From a virus (taxonomy: Duplodnaviria; Caudoviricetes), in the IMG/VR virus record IMGVR_UViG_3300027533_000023, positions 1 through 61,277 of that record: a DNA stretch of 61,277 nucleotides, one strand, 5' to 3'. Below, piece by piece: positions 56,512 through 61,277 of the stretch. The notes under the pieces were generated by a model. It was not told the DNA's origin. It saw only the letters and a list, made by a program, of their open reading frames with translations, and ran no database searches. A program made the position numbers and the translations under genes. Positions within the stretch are counted from its first letter, which is position 1. Each line of letters begins with the position of its first letter.

Positions 56512-57128
56512 AACTAGCTTTTATCATACCGTACAGAGATAGGGCAGCCCACTTAGGAGAGTTTATGCCTCACTACCGGCGCAGATTCAAGGCTGCTAGT
56601 TTCTACGTGATCGAACAGGAAAACGGTAAGCCTTTTAACCGTGCTATGTTATTAAATATTGGCTTCTTAGAATTTTACGATAAGTTTGACTATTTCGCCG
56701 CCCATGATGTAGATATGCTTTGTGATAGGGGCGATTATAGCTACTGCCCTAATCCAACCCAACTTGCTACTAAGGTACAGCAGTTCAAATACCGTATGCC
56801 GTTCCCTGAATACTTTGGCGGGGTAACACTATTCAACAATCATGACTTTATAGAGTGCAACGGGTACTCTAATAACTTCTGGGGCTACGGTGGAGAGGAT
56901 AATGAGATGTATTTTAATGTGCTCTCTAAGGGGCTTAAAATAACGTACAGGGACGGTTGGTATCACTCGCTTTATCACCCACCTTCATTTCCTGGTGGCG
57001 TAGATTGGGAAAAGATGAAACTGGCTAAGGAACCAAGATCAAAAAATGACGGGTTAGGGAAATGCAAATACGCGATATTGAAGACTGAAGATGTAAACGG
57101 ATATACTAAATTAACTGTAAGATTATGA
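56508..57128 (+). CDS. Glycosyltransferase family 7 (beta-1,4-galactosyltransferase-like)
   Basis: IIPYRDR, FNRAMLLNIG, HDVD, GGV, NGYSNNFWGYGGED. Confidence 0.92.
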   Translation: MKLAFIIPYRDRAAHLGEFMPHYRRRFKAASFYVIEQENGKPFNRAMLLNIGFLEFYDKFDYFAAHDVDMLCDRGDYSYCPNPTQLATKVQQFKYRMPFPEYFGGVTLFNNHDFIECNGYSNNFWGYGGEDNEMYFNVLSKGLKITYRDGWYHSLYHPPSFPGGVDWEKMKLAKEPRSKNDGLGKCKYAILKTEDVNGYTKLTVRL

Positions 57129-57134
57129 AAATAA

Positions 57135-57167
57135 ATTAGGTTAATATAAATAATTATACTATCTTTG
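57135..57167 (+). promoter_or_regulatory. Phage promoter ATTAGGTTAATATA-N11-TATCTTTG
   Basis: Repeated motif with a consensus -7 box. Confidence 0.8.
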
Positions 57168-57185
57168 TATAATAAAACCTTTTAT

Positions 57186-57407
57186 ATGACTACTAAAAAT
57201 TTAAGACTATTAATGGAAAATATCTGGCAGGTAACTAAGGATATTGACCTTAACTACTCAGAGTATGATGAGCAAGAAACTGGTAAAGGCTGGTACTTCC
57301 AAAAATACCCTGGTGGGTTTACAACAGATTGTTTTAAGTCTGATTCAATAGCTCTTAAAGCCTTTAGTGATGGTAAATTAAAATTTAACGAAAGAGTAAG
57401 AAAGTAA
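57186..57407 (+). CDS. Hypothetical protein (start revised to ATG 57186)
   Basis: AAACCTTTTAT-ATG start after the promoter. Confidence 0.6.
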   Translation: MTTKNLRLLMENIWQVTKDIDLNYSEYDEQETGKGWYFQKYPGGFTTDCFKSDSIALKAFSDGKLKFNERVRK

Positions 57408-57413
57408 AGTACT

Positions 57414-57641
57414 ATGACAAAGCCAATACTATTCCAATTCCACCCTTCTACTGACCTACCTGCTTCTGACGGGCTGAAGATGGCGCTTTTCAAACTCTCA
57501 AAAGATGATCAGTTTATTGGCTATGATTGGGGCTTTGCTAACTTCAGATCAGGAGCATTTGAGGTATTAGAATATGAAGGAAAGTTTTGCAAGGTAGTAG
57601 GATGGGCAGAGCTACCTAACCCGCAGCTATTATTGGGCTAA
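57414..57641 (+). CDS. Hypothetical protein
   Basis: VVGWAELP DUF551-like ending. Confidence 0.55.
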   Translation: MTKPILFQFHPSTDLPASDGLKMALFKLSKDDQFIGYDWGFANFRSGAFEVLEYEGKFCKVVGWAELPNPQLLLG

Positions 57642-57706
57642 AAATAAATTTTTTACTTTAACAAAAAATAACTATAACTTTATAAGTTAATTTTTAATAC
57701 TAAATT

Positions 57707-57913
57707 ATGGCTAATAATGATGTAAATAGCTATCTTGAAAAGACTGGGCAAACTCTAAAAGAGCTATACGAAGGTGCTGGCCAGTATAGCACAACCTTTA
57801 TACACGATCTTGTTAAGCAAGCATTAGAAAATAATAAAAAGTTAGTATGGATACCTGACCCTAAGTCTCCACCTCTATCAGGGCTTTTGCTTTACCGTTT
57901 TGAGGATTTCTGA
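57707..57913 (+). CDS. Small hypothetical protein, convergent with MuF gene
   Basis: Own AT-rich promoter with TAACTTTA; overlaps the MuF 3' end. Confidence 0.5.
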   Translation: MANNDVNSYLEKTGQTLKELYEGAGQYSTTFIHDLVKQALENNKKLVWIPDPKSPPLSGLLLYRFEDF

Positions 57914-59578
57914 AATTCCTTCTTTTAGCTCATCAGCTATCTTCCGCATCTCTGGGTGAACATCAAAGTATTTGTTATTGCTTTTCATAAAAACTAATTC
58001 CATCCCGTGGGCAAACAGCTCTGCGTCTGAGCCGAAGTTTCTAGCCTGTTTAAAGTATTGCTGCGAATGCCCCCAACCATATAGCCCATCAGTTAAGGCA
58101 GCTAAAGTATCTGCCACCGTAACCAACTTTTGATGCTCATCATAATCTGTATCCTTTAACTTATATCGTATTTCTTCCAAGGCTTCTTCTATCTGCCGGC
58201 TAAGTCGTGGTGTAGCTAATCTCGCCCGTAGTTTATCCCGCATCTGAACAAACTGTGCATTACGAGGATTTGCTGAAGTTTCTGTACCTGTAATTATCTT
58301 ATTTTCAATATGGATAGCATGACCCACCTCATGTATTAATATTTTCTCCTTCCAATATGGACTCTTTTCTTTATTATAACTATGTATATTAACAGTCCTA
58401 TCAGGTATACTAAAGTGTGACGGCCCTGTACTACTTCTATCGAAAATTATTTCTATAGGTGCTGCTCCACTTTGCGGAGTAGGTAAATAATCAAAAACTT
58501 CTGTTGGTGTAGCAATACCAGTATCCTGCATTTCTTTTAATGCCTTTCTACTTCCAAATTCAATATCCTTACGCACCTGACTTTTAATAGTAGTAGTTTC
58601 TTTAGGCAGTGGCGCTTCAGCTTTCTCTACTCTCTGCTGAGCTGTCCACCTTACATACGCAGGTGTTGCAGATACCTTCATCTTTATATCTTCCGGCACA
58701 ATACTCCCGTTTACTGGTCTAATCTGGTGCCCGCAATTATATCCTCCCCTCCTGACAAAAAAGTTTGATGGATCCGTACCAGGAATCATCCCGTTTGGTA
58801 GCCCTGTCTTACTGTAAATAGGTACCGGCACTCTCTCTCCTTTCTTATTCACATACGTCAATCCTTCAGCTCTCAGAATTGCTGGTATCTCACTCACATG
58901 AAAGTATTTAATATCAGTCATAGCGTCACAGAATGGTCTGGTAGTTTCTATATCTGTGTTGTCGTATTTAAACCACTCATATCCGAGATCGTTACTAACA
59001 ACCTGCGTATATTGGGCGTTATATTGATTCAGGCTATCGTTAGTGATCTGTTTAGCATACTTCTCTAATCCTCCAGCACCTTCTTGGGTAGTTACCAGCT
59101 GCTGTCTCATCTGCTCAGCTAAATCAGCATAACTTCCACCACCAGTAATATTTGTTCGTAATACATCGGTGAGCTTATCCACGATATTAACTCCTATACC
59201 TGCATCAGTCAGCTTACCGACTACGTCCTCAACAGTAGATTTTTTAATCGCGTCTAATAACTTTGGCGGTTTATATGCTCCCTCTACCGATTTCCAATAT
59301 TGATTTTGTAAGGCAGTGACCTCGTTAAATGACTTCGCAAACTCTTTTACATCAGCTTTATACTCTGGCGTGAGTATAATCTTCAGCATCTTATTCTTAA
59401 TATTCGCTATCGTGCTGATATTCTTAGCGTTTACCTTTAGTTTACCGTTATCTACCTGCAGTTTCTGTAGTTCCTCCTGCATAGCGTCATACATACCCTT
59501 TTGAGTAGATGGTATAGAGCGCTGAAAGGAGATAACCGCGCTATTAATTTTATCGAGTATATCATCAAAACTTGGCAT
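57878..59578 (-). CDS. Minor capsid / MuF-like protein with C-terminal zincin-like metallopeptidase domain
   Basis: After portal; TRPFC...GGYNCGH MuF motifs; HEVGH...ELFA zincin motif. Confidence 0.8.
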   Translation of the reverse strand: MPSFDDILDKINSAVISFQRSIPSTQKGMYDAMQEELQKLQVDNGKLKVNAKNISTIANIKNKMLKIILTPEYKADVKEFAKSFNEVTALQNQYWKSVEGAYKPPKLLDAIKKSTVEDVVGKLTDAGIGVNIVDKLTDVLRTNITGGGSYADLAEQMRQQLVTTQEGAGGLEKYAKQITNDSLNQYNAQYTQVVSNDLGYEWFKYDNTDIETTRPFCDAMTDIKYFHVSEIPAILRAEGLTYVNKKGERVPVPIYSKTGLPNGMIPGTDPSNFFVRRGGYNCGHQIRPVNGSIVPEDIKMKVSATPAYVRWTAQQRVEKAEAPLPKETTTIKSQVRKDIEFGSRKALKEMQDTGIATPTEVFDYLPTPQSGAAPIEIIFDRSSTGPSHFSIPDRTVNIHSYNKEKSPYWKEKILIHEVGHAIHIENKIITGTETSANPRNAQFVQMRDKLRARLATPRLSRQIEEALEEIRYKLKDTDYDEHQKLVTVADTLAALTDGLYGWGHSQQYFKQARNFGSDAELFAHGMELVFMKSNNKYFDVHPEMRKIADELKEGISEILKTVKQKP

Positions 59579-61277
59579 TAGATAACCTCAGCTTTTTCTA
59601 CCCCGTTAGTTTTATTGCCCTGTTCTTCCAGAGGCTCACCATTCGGCCCAAGACCGGTATCAGCTACTACATTACGGACGATAGCTGCAGCCTCGTCTTG
59701 CGCCGTTATCTGTGCCTTAGCGTATTCTCTCATCTTCTTTTTTTGTTCTGAAATAGGCTTATCAATAAAAGTCGGATCTTCCTCGATAGCCTGCTGTACA
59801 AATTCCTGAATATTACTACTGATAATATACGTCTCCAGAGTAATACCCTTATTGCTCAATCTGGTCATCTTCTCATCTTCAGTAATATTAGGCAGTGGAT
59901 CAAGCTCAAAAACCAAGGTCAACCGTTCCTTAACTGCAGGGTTTGTATTAAACTTCTTGCCAGCATATTCTATCTCTAGAGCGTTTTTAATTACAGGGTT
60001 CAAACCTTTTGCGCTGTCAAGCTCTGTAAGCAGGTGTGCAGAGCTTAGCATATCGTATTTTTCCGGAACATTTATCATTGGTATGATATTATCCTCTATA
60101 TCCTGAAGGCTGTAGAGCGTCTTATAACGATACAGGGCGATAAGCCTATATACGTGATCCATAACCCGTACGATATCCTCGGCTATTGCGTGGACGGTAT
60201 TATTCAGCTCATCTTTATCTACCTCCTTCGCCTTACCACTTTCGTTAAGTGGCACCTGGTCAAGAAACTGGAAATTCAGGCTACTTAGGGCACTGTAAAT
60301 ATGGGCTGCAACACCTTCCTCCTGAATCCTCACAATATCTGTATCCTTGTCGATATATCCTGGAGGCGGCGGGTACTTACCGGCGTCAGCGCTCAGGCTG
60401 CCGTTAGGCTTAAGGAGTATCTTACTATACGGACCAGCGACAGTATAGCCATGCCCCTGACAAGTAGTACAGGTTACGTTACAAACTTCCGTAGGCTCTC
60501 CATCTATCGGATTAGTTGTCGGAACTCTACGCATTCCCAACCCCTTACAGTCAGCACATTCACTATTTGTGTATTCATAACGCTCTGGGTAGATATGCAG
60601 AACCTTTGCAGCCTGCAAATCTGAGTATTCCCTTATAGCTTCGTCCAGCTCTGGCAGCATAGGAGCTAACCGGCTATAATGCAAGTACACATTACCCTCT
60701 GCCTTACCTACTTGAGCGCCTATACGGAAAACAGGCAGCTCACCAAGACCGTGTGGCCAGTCTAGCTTGATAGCTAAATCACCTTTACTGTTTACCTGAT
60801 CGTATTTCGTGATCTTCTCTGTAGTCACTATAAAAAAGCTCTCCCCTTTCTCTGTCCTGCCGTTAGCAAGATATTTACTACCTAATGGGTTTCTCAGTAC
60901 AGCATAATCTTCTGGAACATAGTCTAACGTATCACAACTATCGAAAACTGCCGGATAAGGGCGAAGGTAATTCTCGGGGTCGACAATTGTTTCTAAAGGG
61001 AAAACAAAAACAACGCCGTTAGGGTCTTCAGCGTACTTCTTAAGCAAGACCTGGAAGACCCAGTTTGTCATAGAGGTAAAATCAGGGAAGTTCTCTTCAG
61101 TATATTCCGGTAGTGTCTCACCTTCCCTGATTAATGTAGTCTTATCCTTGTCCTCATTATGAAGTATTGCCCAGTCGCTACTGCGACGGATCTTACTGAG
61201 GCTTAATAATACCTTGCCAAAGACGGGTTGCGTTTTAGGTATAAAGATTGTCTTACGATAATCCTGTACTTCCTGTG
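59578..61277 (-). CDS. Portal protein (partial; frame open to window edge)
   Basis: Upstream of MuF; ESGKAKEVD portal-like motif; no stop between 61071 and 61277. Confidence 0.8.
   Translation of the reverse strand, partial: QEVQDYRKTIFIPKTQPVFGKVLLSLSKIRRSSDWAILHNEDKDKTTLIREGETLPEYTEENFPDFTSMTNWVFQVLLKKYAEDPNGVVFVFPLETIVDPENYLRPYPAVFDSCDTLDYVPEDYAVLRNPLGSKYLANGRTEKGESFFIVTTEKITKYDQVNSKGDLAIKLDWPHGLGELPVFRIGAQVGKAEGNVYLHYSRLAPMLPELDEAIREYSDLQAAKVLHIYPERYEYTNSECADCKGLGMRRVPTTNPIDGEPTEVCNVTCTTCQGHGYTVAGPYSKILLKPNGSLSADAGKYPPPPGYIDKDTDIVRIQEEGVAAHIYSALSSLNFQFLDQVPLNESGKAKEVDKDELNNTVHAIAEDIVRVMDHVYRLIALYRYKTLYSLQDIEDNIIPMINVPEKYDMLSSAHLLTELDSAKGLNPVIKNALEIEYAGKKFNTNPAVKERLTLVFELDPLPNITEDEKMTRLSNKGITLETYIISSNIQEFVQQAIEEDPTFIDKPISEQKKKMREYAKAQITAQDEAAAIVRNVVADTGLGPNGEPLEEQGNKTNGVEKAEVI

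Larger units (their letters stand above)
1..61277. mobile_element. Near-complete tailed phage genome (siphovirus-like, probable Bacteroidota host)
   Basis: Full set of packaging, head, tail, lysis and replication genes; no host housekeeping genes; both window ends appear to lie in the portal gene. Confidence 0.95.

Noticed and set aside
49169-57128. Host O-antigen locus misassembled into the contig
   Set aside because: Interspersed with phage-type small ORFs, followed by the phage promoter motif, and lacking wzx/wzy or ABC export genes
1-61277. Stop-codon reassignment
   Set aside because: Genes are long and densely packed in code 11; TAA, TAG and TGA all terminate genes
1-61277. Integrated prophage with att sites
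   Set aside because: No integrase recognised and no flanking host genes

Overview
Near-complete ~61 kb genome of a tailed, siphovirus-like dsDNA phage. The host is very probably Bacteroidota, inferred from TAnnTT(T/A)(G/A) -7 promoter boxes, A-rich start regions without obvious Shine-Dalgarno sites, and Bacteroidota-style signal peptides. The window appears to open inside the portal gene, so the ends nearly circularise. It holds terminase, portal, MuF/minor capsid, scaffold, major capsid, neck, tail tube, frameshifted tail chaperones, tape measure, several fibre/spike genes, a lysis cassette and a lambda-like replication module with iterons and DnaB. No integrase was recognised. Main points of interest: (1) a family of predicted small RNAs, including three tandem promoter-RNA-terminator units at 19.3-19.65 kb; three of their terminators share a TTCY loop and several carry segments antisense to translation-start regions; (2) an 8-kb glycan-building island (GT2, GT11, GT25, GT7, a GDP-mannose 3,5-epimerase-like enzyme and four methyltransferases) inside the head module, plus a fifth GT upstream of the portal; (3) a TET/JBP dioxygenase with a GREB1-type glycosyltransferase and no recognisable C5-methyltransferase; (4) a CheY-like receiver next to the lysis genes, split by a T7-gene-10-like -1 slippery site; (5) fibre-like proteins with signal peptides; (6) a six-copy phage promoter with fixed spacing. 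All family calls come from motifs read by eye; no database searches were run.
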